From contig CADBBS010000003.1 in the NCBI GenBank assembly GCA_902793045.1, positions 1 through 29,759 of the forward strand: a DNA stretch of 29,759 nt, given 5' to 3'. A program made the translations under genes and the position numbers. Each line of letters starts with the position of its first letter. Positions within the stretch are counted from its first letter, which is position 1. This stretch comes from an uncultured Lachnospiraceae bacterium. GTDB taxonomy: Bacteria; Bacillota; Clostridia; Lachnospirales; Lachnospiraceae. A model generated the notes under the pieces. It did no database searches. It saw only the letters and a program-made list of their open reading frames with translations, and had not been told where the DNA came from. Below, one piece after another: positions 7,758-18,059 of this stretch.

Positions 7758-8639
7758 TTAGCCTACAAGTACAATCTCATCAGGGAAAGCAACCTGTACA
7801 CCTGCATTGAAGTTGATGGCAAGACGGAACTCTTGGTTATCCTTAGAATACCAGAGGTCAAACTTCTCGTCATCGCCCTCCATATCAACACCGTAGAAGA
7901 TGTTTTCGGGGTCAGCTGCAACCATTTTAGCAGTACCATTCAGACCGGAAACACCATAAACCTTAGTGGAAGTACCCGGAAGGATAATCTCCATCTCAGC
8001 GTCCACTTTCGGGTCGTAGTGATAAAGGTTCTTCTCGGTCAGCTCCAGTACCAAGTCACGGAACTCATCTACACCCATGAAGATAGCTGCTTTGTCTAGC
8101 TTAGCTGCCGGAACAGCTTTGTAAGCTGCAAGAGCTTTGTCATAAGTAGTAGCAGAAGCCGAAACAGTCGGTTTAATTACAGAAGCCTCACCTGCTAAGA
8201 TAGTCAGAATACCATCCATACGGTCAGTAGCTTTTACACCCTGCCAAATGTTACGCTCCATTTTGTTCTTGATGTCCTCAATAACACCATCAACGAACTC
8301 TTCCTCAAACGGAAGACTCTTCTGACCAGCTGCTACGCGAACTTCATAACCGTTCCAATACTTCAACATTGCACGGTCACAGAACGACATATTTACCTTA
8401 TAATTTCCAACTTCAAGTACGCGCTGTGAGAAAGCGGAAGTACCTGCCTCATCCCAACCACAAGTAGCACCATCACCAAAAGCTACAGAGGTGTTCAGAA
8501 TGTTAAGAGCTGCACTATGCTTTACACCAGTTTGAAGGTTGAAATGCTTTACGGAAGGTGCAGCAAAAATAGTTTTACGAATAAGAGGAAGACGTTGCTC
8601 CTCTACATAGGCTGTCAAAGCCGATACATTAATTGCCAT
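7758..8639 (-). CDS. Major capsid protein
   Basis: 293 aa. Locally higher GC than its neighbours. It follows the protease and scaffold genes. The N-terminal pattern MAINVSALTAYVEEQRLPLIRK...LQTGVKHSAALNILNTSVAFGDGATCGWDEAGTS resembles phage major capsid families. Confidence 0.75.
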   Translation of the reverse strand: MAINVSALTAYVEEQRLPLIRKTIFAAPSVKHFNLQTGVKHSAALNILNTSVAFGDGATCGWDEAGTSAFSQRVLEVGNYKVNMSFCDRAMLKYWNGYEVRVAAGQKSLPFEEEFVDGVIEDIKNKMERNIWQGVKATDRMDGILTILAGEASVIKPTVSASATTYDKALAAYKAVPAAKLDKAAIFMGVDEFRDLVLELTEKNLYHYDPKVDAEMEIILPGTSTKVYGVSGLNGTAKMVAADPENIFYGVDMEGDDEKFDLWYSKDNQEFRLAINFNAGVQVAFPDEIVLVG

Positions 8640-8669
8640 AGTTAAATTAGGTTTTTAAGGTTAAATTAG

Positions 8670-9209
8670 TTAAAAATACTTCAATGCGCCAACTTTCTGC
8701 TCACTCTTAACTTTATCCTTAGCGGGCTCATCGGCTGACATTTCTAGTTCTTCTTGCTTTTGTGCTAGTTCTGCTTCTAATTCTGCAATTCTAGCGTCTC
8801 TTTCAGCTATGATTGCTTCAAGTTCATTTAGTTTGTCTTCTAGTTCTGCAATCTTAGCGTCTTTTTCATCAGGTTCAGGTTCAGATTCTTCCTTTGCTTC
8901 CTCAGCAGGTTGTTCCTCTTCCTCTTCCTTAATTTCTTCGGGTTGCTCTTCTGCCTTCGGGGTCTCTTCAGCAGGCTCATCCTCTCCGCTCTTTTTGCGA
9001 AGCTCGGAAATCTTACCCTCTGCTACAACAATTAGCATATCTTCATAGATATACTCACCGTCAGCAGCAGGAGCAAAACCCTCTTCCGATTCTACAAATA
9101 CTTCAACGCCCTCTGCAAGCTCTCCCTCGATAATGAGAGTGCCTTTGTCTGTGCTAATCTCAGCTAATTGAAGTAATTGTTTTCTTAACTGTAACAAATT
9201 CAAGTTCAT
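8670..9209 (-). CDS. Scaffolding protein
   Basis: 179 aa, very acidic (EEQPEEIKEEEEEQPAEEAKEESEPEPDE), with coiled coil KIAELEDKLNELEAIIAERDARIAELEAELAQKQEELE. It lies between the protease and capsid genes. Confidence 0.7.
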   Translation of the reverse strand: MNLNLLQLRKQLLQLAEISTDKGTLIIEGELAEGVEVFVESEEGFAPAADGEYIYEDMLIVVAEGKISELRKKSGEDEPAEETPKAEEQPEEIKEEEEEQPAEEAKEESEPEPDEKDAKIAELEDKLNELEAIIAERDARIAELEAELAQKQEELEMSADEPAKDKVKSEQKVGALKYF

Positions 9210-9242
9210 AGTTGTTTAGGTTTATTTTGCATTGATTTAGGT

Positions 9243-9839
9243 TCAAAGATATTGTTCAATCCATTCATCAAAGGTCATCGGTTTATCTTGTTTTTCAAAT
9301 CTCTCAGGGGAAACATCGAATAGACCTTGAAGACTGAAACCATTAAGCTTGTCACCATTAACTATTTCATCCCATAACTCTTGATTCTCTACTTTATAAG
9401 AACAAATCCAAGAGCCATCAGGTACATCAGCAAACTCTTTTGGAGATATGCCTCTTTCTTTGTTTGTGATATAAGATTCAATCATATAAATCCCATCTAC
9501 AAACTTTTCGTCATCATGTTGTAGGTTTACTGAGTTAAACAATCCTTTCTTTGCATATTTTTCAACCATCTTCGCTATTGTCTCTTTAGTAAATACCACA
9601 AAGTATTCACCATATCTTTCCGAATAACGGTAAATTGGAGTTTCAGCTAAGCAAACAACACCTGTAATAATGTGTTTAGCTCCATCAAACTCTAATCTTA
9701 CTGGCTTCTTCTCTTCATTAAAGCAAAGGAAGTTTCTTTGGACTGCCGGAACGTCCACTAAACTAATAGCGTCCATTCCGGTTTCATCCATTTCGTTAAT
9801 GTGTATGAAGTAAACCTTTAATTCATCTGTTAGTTTCAT
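9243..9839 (-). CDS. XkdF-like prohead protease (Peptidase_S78_2 pattern)
   Basis: 198 aa. DAISLVDVPAVQRNF, ITGVV...P, NLQHDD, IESYI, DGSWICSYKV.N.ELWDEIVNGDKLNGFSLQG follow the XkdF-family pattern as I recall it. Confidence 0.7.
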   Translation of the reverse strand: MKLTDELKVYFIHINEMDETGMDAISLVDVPAVQRNFLCFNEEKKPVRLEFDGAKHIITGVVCLAETPIYRYSERYGEYFVVFTKETIAKMVEKYAKKGLFNSVNLQHDDEKFVDGIYMIESYITNKERGISPKEFADVPDGSWICSYKVENQELWDEIVNGDKLNGFSLQGLFDVSPERFEKQDKPMTFDEWIEQYL

Positions 9840-9911
9840 AGTACTTAAAGTTTTTTAGTGTTTAAGTGTCTCTAAAAACTATATAGATAGTCTCAAAGAT
9901 TCGTTAATTTT

Positions 9912-11756
9912 TTAAAATCTCGCTTCATTTTCTGTTACTGATACTTTTCGCTGTGTTCTAGAAATATCCGATTCGACAACAAATACGCGAGAATCTTTTA
10001 TAGCTCCTTCAATACTTGCACCTCTTACATCTTGAGTGTATTGAACAGGTGCAATTAGAGTAGCTAAAGAAGTTGAAGATAGTGCTTGAGATTTAGCATT
10101 GTCTTTAGTAGTATTCAACATCTTAGAAATAGTAGCAGCACCAGAAGTAGCTATTGCAACAGCTTGTACAGCAGCCAAAGCAATATCCCAAGGTCCAGAT
10201 TTAGTAGTAAAGGCACCAGAAATAGCAGCTGTGATACCGGCTAACATATTGATTGTAGCTCCCATAACTTGAAAAGCTTTTTGTTCTTCCGAGCCTTCTT
10301 CACATAATTCGCCTATATTAGAAAATATGTCACCTACTGCATAACCGAGAGTAGAGTAACGCTGCATCTCACGACTTATACTTTCTTTATTCAGCTTATC
10401 ACTTAGTTCATAAAACTCTTCTAGGGCAATAAGCTTTTTATCTAATGCTTCTTTTAGTGCAGTTTGTTCTCTGTCATACTGTTCCTCCGGTGTTTCTAGA
10501 GCTTGACGCAAATTTTCAACGAAACTTTTTAGCTGTTCATTATGAGCAATAATTTCTTTCGCTTTATTTAGTATTCGTTGTAACCCTGCATCTTCTTCCT
10601 CCTCTTCCTCTACAAATTCTACGGACACTGGAATCTTTACATCAAGACCTTTCTCTACTAATTCATCCTGTAAAGACTTTCCTTGTTCTGCTGCAATTTT
10701 ATTAGAATCCTCCAACAATTGAATCTCTACTTCTCGCCAAAACTCTTTTATTTTTTCTGCAGCCTCATCTACATACTCATCTACATACAGGCTTTCATCG
10801 TCTAGTATTTTCTGTATAGCTTTTTCATTCTCGGCTATCATATTTTTGTAGGATGTCTCATAGGCTTGTAGAACATGTTCTTGGAGTGTGATTTGCCTTT
10901 TTTCCTCTTCATCCGGCAGCCATGGTAGTATTGTATGAGTACTCCATGACTTCTTAGCCTGCTTATATAACTCCTCTATGCCTGCCTTTTGAGAATTTAT
11001 AACTTTTTCCTGTTCTAAGGCTAGTTTTTCATTTTCTTTTCTAAGTTCATCTACTGCTTTTTTTGCACTATCTTTAAGCTTTTCATATTTCTCAGCATTA
11101 ACCAAGTCTAGTAGCTTCTTGTCCGCTTTGGTCGCTTCTTCTTTCAGATCTTTAATACTCTTATGCTGACCTGATAAGATTTCTGCTGTTCGTGCCCCTA
11201 CAATGTTCCACTCTCTCATTTTATCTACCAGCTTATCCCAGTTAGCTACTAATAAGCCTAAAGCAACAACCACTGCTCCTAAACCTGTAGATACAAGTGC
11301 CTTTGCAAACTTAGAAGTAGCACCTGTAGCAGCTTGTATAGCAATAGTTAATCTCTTAAATGCTTTTACACCTTCATCTAGTGCAGGTAAAGCTTGAGTG
11401 ATAGCCATGAGAGATTGCATTCTTTGGAGAGACTTAATTACAGTTTCATTCTCTATTCCAAATAAATTCATCACAGCCTTAGCAGATTGAAATCCTGCCG
11501 TCATACTACCAACAGTCTTAATCACGTTACTTGTAATCTGACCAAAGTCCATAGCAGAGGCGTTAATTTCCTCCATCTGCTCTTTTAAGTCGTGTTGAAT
11601 TTCCGCTGCTCTTTGGAGGGCTTTATTATACTCATCTGTACCTTGTTCGGCATTCAGAAGAGTGTTACGCAATTCTTTTAATTCCTTACGTAAATCATTA
11701 ACTGACTTTTGTGCTTCGCCAGTGTCAATCTTCCAAACAGTTACTTTATCGTTCAT
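9912..11756 (-). CDS. Tape-measure-like protein (or internal virion protein)
   Basis: 614 aa. Helical N-terminus, G/A-rich hydrophobic segments (GATSKFAKALVSTGLGAVVVALGLLVANW; GATINMLAGITAAISGAF), and a long E/K-rich coiled-coil centre. Confidence 0.6.
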   Translation of the reverse strand: MNDKVTVWKIDTGEAQKSVNDLRKELKELRNTLLNAEQGTDEYNKALQRAAEIQHDLKEQMEEINASAMDFGQITSNVIKTVGSMTAGFQSAKAVMNLFGIENETVIKSLQRMQSLMAITQALPALDEGVKAFKRLTIAIQAATGATSKFAKALVSTGLGAVVVALGLLVANWDKLVDKMREWNIVGARTAEILSGQHKSIKDLKEEATKADKKLLDLVNAEKYEKLKDSAKKAVDELRKENEKLALEQEKVINSQKAGIEELYKQAKKSWSTHTILPWLPDEEEKRQITLQEHVLQAYETSYKNMIAENEKAIQKILDDESLYVDEYVDEAAEKIKEFWREVEIQLLEDSNKIAAEQGKSLQDELVEKGLDVKIPVSVEFVEEEEEEDAGLQRILNKAKEIIAHNEQLKSFVENLRQALETPEEQYDREQTALKEALDKKLIALEEFYELSDKLNKESISREMQRYSTLGYAVGDIFSNIGELCEEGSEEQKAFQVMGATINMLAGITAAISGAFTTKSGPWDIALAAVQAVAIATSGAATISKMLNTTKDNAKSQALSSTSLATLIAPVQYTQDVRGASIEGAIKDSRVFVVESDISRTQRKVSVTENEARF

Positions 11757-11777
11757 AATTTATTCCTTGTTTTAGTG

Positions 11778-14700
11778 TTACCTTGATACTGGATAATCAC
11801 GTGTTTCATGCCATCCTTCCTTATCTACTATAGTTATTCTGACATACGAACCACTATAGCTAATCAGATTAGTAGTATTGAAATCTACTATGTACTCTGT
11901 TCTGAACCATTCATCATCACCTTCTTGAATCATTACTTGTTGTTCTTCCCAAGTACTAGCGTCTATAGTAGCTGAACCTGTACCACTAACCTCTATTGTA
12001 ACTGTAGGCTTATTCTCCAGTCCATCTGTTTCAGTTCCATACCAAGCTAGTTTATAAGTATTTGAGCCGGCAGAAATAGTGCTTTGTTCCATTAAGCTAT
12101 CACTCTTATATAACTTAATTTCGGGGTAAGGATAAGTAGAATATCTAACTACGTGGAATGTAACTGTATTACCAGTCTCATTCTTTAAAGTTATATCCAC
12201 ATCTAGGTCTTCTTTATCTACATACTTGGAAACAGTCTCATAATGTACAGTATCATTATTAACTATAGTAAATTTAACACCACCGACTGTATAAGTAGTA
12301 GTACCATTACTAAAGGTGACTTGACTTAAACTACTAACGTGACCTAAATTACCACTTGCACCTGTATTACCAGCAACATAAACGTTACCAGTCCAATCTA
12401 TTTCAATCGTATCTAGATTAGTTAAGAAATCATTAGTCGTATATCCCTTTATATCTTGTATAGTAATTAAATCAACTTTTGTAGGCTCTGAACTTGTAAC
12501 ATCATAGTCATAAATCTTATTTACTATACATAACTGATTACCAATTTTTACAAACTGATTCCATTGATGTTGGATATAATCAATAGGTTTTAACATAACA
12601 TAGCAAGTAATTTCTTTGTTCTGTACGTTATATCTTTCATTTAGATAATTCTTCCAAAAGTTACTATAAATGGTTCCTTTATCTGCATAATTATTTCTGT
12701 AGGTGTAGTTCTCTTTTGGCGTATTAAACACACAAAGATTATCTCCCTTTACAATATCGAGATAAGGATATGATTCGGCAGTTAATAATTCACCAGCATT
12801 TTGTGTATAGAAGTAAGTATTATTCGCCTGTTGTAAACTAGTATCATCACTTATTATTACAGGACGCATTCTTAGTGCTTCTTCTGTGTTGAAACTAGAT
12901 AAACCATTATGAAAATAGTACGCGCCAAATATATCTACTTGTTTGTTATCCTCGTCTTTGTTATATACACTTATCTCATTAGGAAAGCTATAAATTATTT
13001 GGTGATTATCGTATATATTAGTCCAAGACAACACATTATCAGTATTAGTAATTGAAGGTGTAACATTATCAAATAATTCTTCAGTAGAGCTATTAAAATT
13101 ATAGTCAGTTACTAATCTATACTCACCATAATTTACACTATATTTCTCTTTATACTTCTCACCTAAATTGCTTTCTGAGTCATTATAGTTGAATAGTACA
13201 TATTTATTATCAAAGGTAATAGGTCTAATAGTGTAATCCTTGGATTTATCTATTTTATTAGTCCAGTCTTTTACAGTATAATCAGAAAAATATGTGCTGT
13301 AGTGTTTGAAAACAATCTTCTTATTATATTCATCTACGCTAATACCAATTCTGAATATCTTGCAGTACTTTATTATCTCATCGAATAAATTGTAATCTTT
13401 ATTCCATAAGTCATTAAGAGTAAAATGACTGTTACTTCTAAAGCGATTTTTTATAACCATGCAAGAGACAGGTTTATTTATAGGTGCATTATAAAGATGT
13501 AAGCCCACCCATCCGTAGTACGTTGTTGGTGTAGGAGTAAAAGGTCTGTTATTATTATCCAAAAATGGTGCATTAGTATTCAACCAAACTGCTTTTAATT
13601 TCAGTCTAACTTTATCTTTATTATATTTACCTTTATCTAAAATTAAATTTAACTTTGGATAAGCAATAAATGAACCTGCGCCCTGTCTATCAAATCTCAA
13701 TACTTCGCTATAACCCTCTGTACTACCTGCATAAGCATTATCAACCATTAAGAACTTGACTTCATCGAGTTCATTTTCATTTTCATCTACAACTACAAAA
13801 CTATATTGTAAACCATTTGCAGGATTTATACGTAGATTAGTGTACCTACTTATATTAAAATCAATCGTATAAATCGTATTGAATATAACTGTATAATCAT
13901 TTGACAATACAATCATATTATTATCGTCAATAATCTGAATTGCCTCTGTTCTATCATTAAGATTTATATTGGTTGATTTAGGTTGTACGTATTCACTTAT
14001 GTCACCACCCCAAGACAAACCAAATGAAGCAAACATATAATAATTTGTTACAGTCTCTTCATTCTTAGAATTAAACGGTTTTAACATATAAACTAAATCA
14101 TGCCAATAAGGGTTTTTATTGTTAAACCAAGAAGGGTCAAGTTCAAACTTATAACCAGTTAGCTCTTCTGCCTTGTATTGACCTACTTGAAACAACTTAT
14201 TCCAGTAGATGTAAGGTAACTGTAAATAACTACGATATTCACCTATCTCTCTAGGTAACATACCATCAGGAATTGTAGTATCAGGGTCAATACCTGTTGC
14301 TTCCGTAAAAGAATCACCTAAGGCTTCTGTAAATCGTTTTGAAGTATCTTGTGTATCTTGGAAAGTTTTATAATCAAATCCATCAGAGAATGAGTTATTA
14401 GGAGCAAAACCAATAATGTCAGTTACCTTATATGCTGGATGATGTATAGGTGTACTAGTTCCGGGTGGTGTGTACCATTTTGGAAATAACTTGGTTTGCG
14501 ATTGACCTGTACTAGTCCAAGATTTTTCAATCAGTTCCTTGTTTATAGATTCATCTACATAATCTTCACCATGTATCAAGTAATCTGTATCACTAGTACT
14601 GGTATCAAAGGTAATCTTCTTTAACTCTTGTATAACTTTACCAAGCTGACCAAATAAAGTAATCTCATAAGTTCCTTTACCGCTATTCTGATTTATCTCA

Positions 14701-15008
14701 TCCATCCTAGCATATCCGGTCATCAATACATCATCATTCCACTGCAATCTCATATCCAGTTTCTTGTAAGGGTCAAAGTAAAGACCTGTTAAATTACTTG
14801 AACTGGGTGGAACTGCTATTAGTCTATCGGGGTTGTAGATGTGACCAAATATCTCGTGATTTTTTTGAGTGAAAGGAATAGAAACCGTCTTACTCCAATC
14901 ATTGATAATAGTTGTAGGGTTAGATAAGTCTTCAAATTGTTTAGAAATTGCGACTTGAACATCATCATTAAGCTCTACCTCTTTATCTTCGATTACCAGC
15001 CTAATCAT
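11778..15008 (-). CDS. Large tail or host-recognition structural protein
   Basis: 1076 aa, N/Y/T/D-rich and beta-type. The N-terminus MIRLVIEDKEVELNDDVQV...WSKTVSIPFTQKNHEIFGHIYNP resembles N-termini of phage distal-tail proteins (from memory only). AGGAGG lies upstream of the ATG. Confidence 0.55.
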   Translation of the reverse strand: MIRLVIEDKEVELNDDVQVAISKQFEDLSNPTTIINDWSKTVSIPFTQKNHEIFGHIYNPDRLIAVPPSSSNLTGLYFDPYKKLDMRLQWNDDVLMTGYARMDEINQNSGKGTYEITLFGQLGKVIQELKKITFDTSTSDTDYLIHGEDYVDESINKELIEKSWTSTGQSQTKLFPKWYTPPGTSTPIHHPAYKVTDIIGFAPNNSFSDGFDYKTFQDTQDTSKRFTEALGDSFTEATGIDPDTTIPDGMLPREIGEYRSYLQLPYIYWNKLFQVGQYKAEELTGYKFELDPSWFNNKNPYWHDLVYMLKPFNSKNEETVTNYYMFASFGLSWGGDISEYVQPKSTNINLNDRTEAIQIIDDNNMIVLSNDYTVIFNTIYTIDFNISRYTNLRINPANGLQYSFVVVDENENELDEVKFLMVDNAYAGSTEGYSEVLRFDRQGAGSFIAYPKLNLILDKGKYNKDKVRLKLKAVWLNTNAPFLDNNNRPFTPTPTTYYGWVGLHLYNAPINKPVSCMVIKNRFRSNSHFTLNDLWNKDYNLFDEIIKYCKIFRIGISVDEYNKKIVFKHYSTYFSDYTVKDWTNKIDKSKDYTIRPITFDNKYVLFNYNDSESNLGEKYKEKYSVNYGEYRLVTDYNFNSSTEELFDNVTPSITNTDNVLSWTNIYDNHQIIYSFPNEISVYNKDEDNKQVDIFGAYYFHNGLSSFNTEEALRMRPVIISDDTSLQQANNTYFYTQNAGELLTAESYPYLDIVKGDNLCVFNTPKENYTYRNNYADKGTIYSNFWKNYLNERYNVQNKEITCYVMLKPIDYIQHQWNQFVKIGNQLCIVNKIYDYDVTSSEPTKVDLITIQDIKGYTTNDFLTNLDTIEIDWTGNVYVAGNTGASGNLGHVSSLSQVTFSNGTTTYTVGGVKFTIVNNDTVHYETVSKYVDKEDLDVDITLKNETGNTVTFHVVRYSTYPYPEIKLYKSDSLMEQSTISAGSNTYKLAWYGTETDGLENKPTVTIEVSGTGSATIDASTWEEQQVMIQEGDDEWFRTEYIVDFNTTNLISYSGSYVRITIVDKEGWHETRDYPVSR

Positions 15009-15628
15009 ACTGCTTCCTCCTTTCTTTTATTTCGATTTTTAGCAGCCTCTGAAAGTTTCTTCCTCGTTTCATCAGACCACTTCTTTCCTTTATTCCAAGG
15101 TATTGAACCTTTTTTCGCTTCACTAATATGTTGGTTTACTATCTCTCTTGGTACAGGCTCTTTCTTGATTTTCTTAACTCCACCTTTCCAATTAGGATTA
15201 GCACTACTACTCATATCTCTAGGTTCTCTTAGTTTCCAAGAATCTCTCATTTTCTGTTTGGTTTCATCAGACCTTTTAGCACCCTTTCTTGACTTAGACA
15301 TTTTTTGTCGTGTTTCCTCAGTATGATGGAAACCAAGTGTTCCTTCACCGCCACCTGTCAGATTATATCCGAACTCATGCTGACTTGACTTATACTTTCT
15401 AATGTACAACTTCTCTAGAAAATTTAGAGAATCATCATTATCTGTTTGAGCTATGATTTCAAAAGTAAAGTTATCGTAACCATATTTATTCAGAGCTTTG
15501 TGAAAGTACGTATCACAAGAAGTACTTTTGCTTTTATGCTCAACTTGTCTTGCTTTGATACGGTAAGTTTTTCCTATATAGACTTTACCGTTAATTGTAT
15601 TCGTGTACTTGTAAATATAGCCTACCAT
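15005..15628 (-). CDS. GIY-YIG homing endonuclease with NUMOD3-like repeats
   Basis: 207 aa. GYIYKYTNTINGKVYIGKT...R..EH, YGYDNF, GYNLTGGGEG, then repeated H.EETRQKMSKSRKG / SDETKQKMRDS / SDETRKKLSEAAK motifs. It has a 4-nt overlap with the downstream tail gene. Confidence 0.9.
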   Translation of the reverse strand: MVGYIYKYTNTINGKVYIGKTYRIKARQVEHKSKSTSCDTYFHKALNKYGYDNFTFEIIAQTDNDDSLNFLEKLYIRKYKSSQHEFGYNLTGGGEGTLGFHHTEETRQKMSKSRKGAKRSDETKQKMRDSWKLREPRDMSSSANPNWKGGVKKIKKEPVPREIVNQHISEAKKGSIPWNKGKKWSDETRKKLSEAAKNRNKRKEEAV

Positions 15629-15643
15629 AGTTTACTCCTTTCT

Positions 15644-16852
15644 TTAATATAATATGTTCTGTGTGTTAGTCTGTTCAAGGTCAAGAGTAATGTTAATCAA
15701 TTTTTTCTGATTATGATAATTTTTCTCTACGTAATTACCATTGAATATAACATCATAAACTATGTTATACTTTGTATCTAGTAACTTCAATATAGGACTA
15801 ACATATAAGCTCTCATAATAAGGGTATAAACTCTCTTTTATCCAACCACTAGTAATTTTCCACTTAGGCTGAACAATTACACTAGCTCTACGTCTAATGT
15901 TCATGTAGTTCTGTACCTCATCTACCTTAATATCTTCACTATAATCCGCAAACTCTGAGAATGGCTGAGATTGGAATGAACCAAATCTATCCTGCCAAAA
16001 CAGATAATAACGACTATAACACCTCTCAAATGTAGCTACTCTTGCATATCTGAAGTTATTAGACTGTTCATATAAATTATTAACTATCCAAATATCTATA
16101 TCAGCTGTTGAAGATACTACGCTATCATACTGTCTAACTATATCTCCCATAGGTATCATTAAGGTAGAAGTATTATAATTAAAACCTAAATCTCCAAATT
16201 CATAGATATTGTAAGCACCTTCTACATCACCATCTTCACTATCTACTGCATGTAAATAAACGGATTGTACACTATCACCATTCTCTATAGTAAGACCGAA
16301 AGGATATTTAGAACCAGCCATATCTTGCTCGTCTTCGTATAAAGGGTATCTAGGAATTAGCGCACATTTAGAGTAAGGAGGTCTCGCACTTCTATTAAAT
16401 CCTTGTAATGTAGGGAAAGCATAATTTTTTGAATAACTAGAGATATTGAAAAATACACTATTCGGATTTAAGTAGTCTTGACCAGCTGCGTTAAAATTCG
16501 GGTATCTGTAAATGTGAGCTACTTGAACATCATCACTCTTAACCCATGCACTTCCTGTATTTATTTCTAACCAATATGTAGTAACCAAACGTACATTATT
16601 TGCTCCACTGTAAGTAGTATCAGTAGCAAAAACTTCTATATCATTTCTAACAATTTCTGCAATGTTAAAAATATGATAACGCTCTCTACCATCTGCATAG
16701 AAGTTTCCTACAAATACTACCCTACTGTAAGTGTCGTCTCTATCCTGTGCGTTTCTCTCCCTGACTCTATAAGTGTAAAGCCCCTTCGGAAGTGCAGTTC
16801 TGTCAGGGTAAGTTACTGAAAGGTTTATTTGATTATCATGTAAGTAATTCAT
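15644..16852 (-). CDS. Virion structural protein (tail or baseplate candidate)
   Basis: 402 aa, Y/N-rich and beta-type. Its start shares a 4-nt ATGA overlap with the stop of the upstream gp10-like gene. Confidence 0.45.
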   Translation of the reverse strand: MNYLHDNQINLSVTYPDRTALPKGLYTYRVRERNAQDRDDTYSRVVFVGNFYADGRERYHIFNIAEIVRNDIEVFATDTTYSGANNVRLVTTYWLEINTGSAWVKSDDVQVAHIYRYPNFNAAGQDYLNPNSVFFNISSYSKNYAFPTLQGFNRSARPPYSKCALIPRYPLYEDEQDMAGSKYPFGLTIENGDSVQSVYLHAVDSEDGDVEGAYNIYEFGDLGFNYNTSTLMIPMGDIVRQYDSVVSSTADIDIWIVNNLYEQSNNFRYARVATFERCYSRYYLFWQDRFGSFQSQPFSEFADYSEDIKVDEVQNYMNIRRRASVIVQPKWKITSGWIKESLYPYYESLYVSPILKLLDTKYNIVYDVIFNGNYVEKNYHNQKKLINITLDLEQTNTQNILY

Positions 16853-17301
16853 ATTAAATCATTTTCGTTTAATTGTTCTTGTAACTGTGTGGCTAATTCT
16901 TCTATTAACCTGTCAACTAAGTCATCACTACTGTCAATCGTTTTTTGTAATATCTTAGTTGGCTTAGTTCCGTGAATAGATATACTCCTAGCCATCACAT
17001 ACGCTAATTGTCTAGTAGTAGGTACTAGACCGGATGCAGAGCTTGGGATAATCTTCTTTACCCTTATCCAATCCTCTAAAGCTGACACCGGAGGGAAATG
17101 AGGACGCGTACCATTCTCTAAATAAGCCCAATATTCCGGTAGTATAAAACTCACCTCTAAAATACTTCCGTTAATGGTACACTGATACTTAGTAGAACTC
17201 TGTAAGTTTCCACTAGCCTTATGACCGGAATCTTCTATCTCCTTCTTGTACCTCTCTAAAAGTTCCTTAGCTATATCTCTAACTTCTCTAGATATGTTCA
17301 T
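16849..17301 (-). CDS. HK97 gp10-like neck or tail-completion protein
   Basis: 150 aa. ASGNLQSS...LEVSFILPEYWAYLENGTRPH fits the tG.L..S....v....YA.y.E.GT signature of the gp10 family. Confidence 0.45.
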   Translation of the reverse strand: MNISREVRDIAKELLERYKKEIEDSGHKASGNLQSSTKYQCTINGSILEVSFILPEYWAYLENGTRPHFPPVSALEDWIRVKKIIPSSASGLVPTTRQLAYVMARSISIHGTKPTKILQKTIDSSDDLVDRLIEELATQLQEQLNENDLI

Positions 17302-17405
17302 CTTAATTCCCTTCTGTTTAATTGTTTCATTCGCTTCTCCTGCTCCCTAGTCTTAATAACTTCATACGATACTAAATAAAAGACCGTACTAATATCATAA
17401 TCCAT
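17298..17405 (-). CDS. Small ORF (35 aa), possibly translationally coupled
   Basis: Hand-translated as MDYDISTVFYLVSYEVIKTREQEKRMKQLNRRELR. Its TGA overlaps the ATG of 16849..17301 (ATGA). It is below the ORF-track size cutoff. Confidence 0.3.
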   Translation of the reverse strand: MDYDISTVFYLVSYEVIKTREQEKRMKQLNRRELR

Positions 17406-17443
17406 AATACTAGAGAAAGTCTCATTAGTTATCTCTACAGCCT

Positions 17444-18055
17444 TTAAGATATAGGGTAAGACACCAAATCTACTGAATTCTGAATTAACTTGATTATTCG
17501 CATCTTCTCCTCTTTGCTCAGTGTCTTGCTCCTCTTCACTTTCTTGATGGAAGAGGACCGGAAAATTTCTATGAATCGTGCGAGCTGAGCTGTGAAAAAA
17601 GACGTAATAGAATTTGCAACAGGAATAGGTAAATCTTCCATATCCTTTATAACCTCAAATATATCATAACCGTCATTGTATTTGTGTCCTTCTGGTACTA
17701 CAAAAACTGACAACATCTTCGCAGTATCATTATCTTCCGCATATTTCATGAAGTCTATGTATTGCGCAGTAGATATATTTCCTAACAAAGAGGTAACATC
17801 ATATTTCTTCCCCTTTACCTCAATGTGCTTGGGAGGAACAGATGTAGGTATCTCTGACTTTAAAAATTCTAACCTCTTTATCTGCTCATTAAATTCTTGG
17901 AGCGGTAATTCGGTTACACTATCTCCTAACACTAACTCAGCCAAAGAGATAATTTTTTCTAGGTCATCTTCAATCTCTAAAACCGCCTTCAATTCTTTAA
18001 ACTGAGATAACGTAATATCATACCAGTTCAATTTCTTATCTTTATTCTTATTCAT
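17444..18055 (-). CDS. Hypothetical protein downstream of terL (assembly or chaperone-like?)
   Basis: 203-aa acidic helical protein with a basic C-terminal tail (KKVKRSKTLSKEEKMR). No confident family. Confidence 0.4.
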   Translation of the reverse strand: MNKNKDKKLNWYDITLSQFKELKAVLEIEDDLEKIISLAELVLGDSVTELPLQEFNEQIKRLEFLKSEIPTSVPPKHIEVKGKKYDVTSLLGNISTAQYIDFMKYAEDNDTAKMLSVFVVPEGHKYNDGYDIFEVIKDMEDLPIPVANSITSFFTAQLARFIEIFRSSSIKKVKRSKTLSKEEKMRIIKLIQNSVDLVSYPIS

Positions 18056-18059
18056 AACA

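Noticed and set aside
17405-17480. Programmed -1 frameshift joining the 203-aa ORF (17444..18055) to the small downstream ORF, as in tail assembly chaperones
   Set aside because: The -1 frame is open for about 25 or more codons across the stop. However, I found no X XXY YYZ slippery heptamer near the end of the ORF; the only candidate, C TTA AAG, is not slippery. The tape-measure-like gene is also not adjacent.
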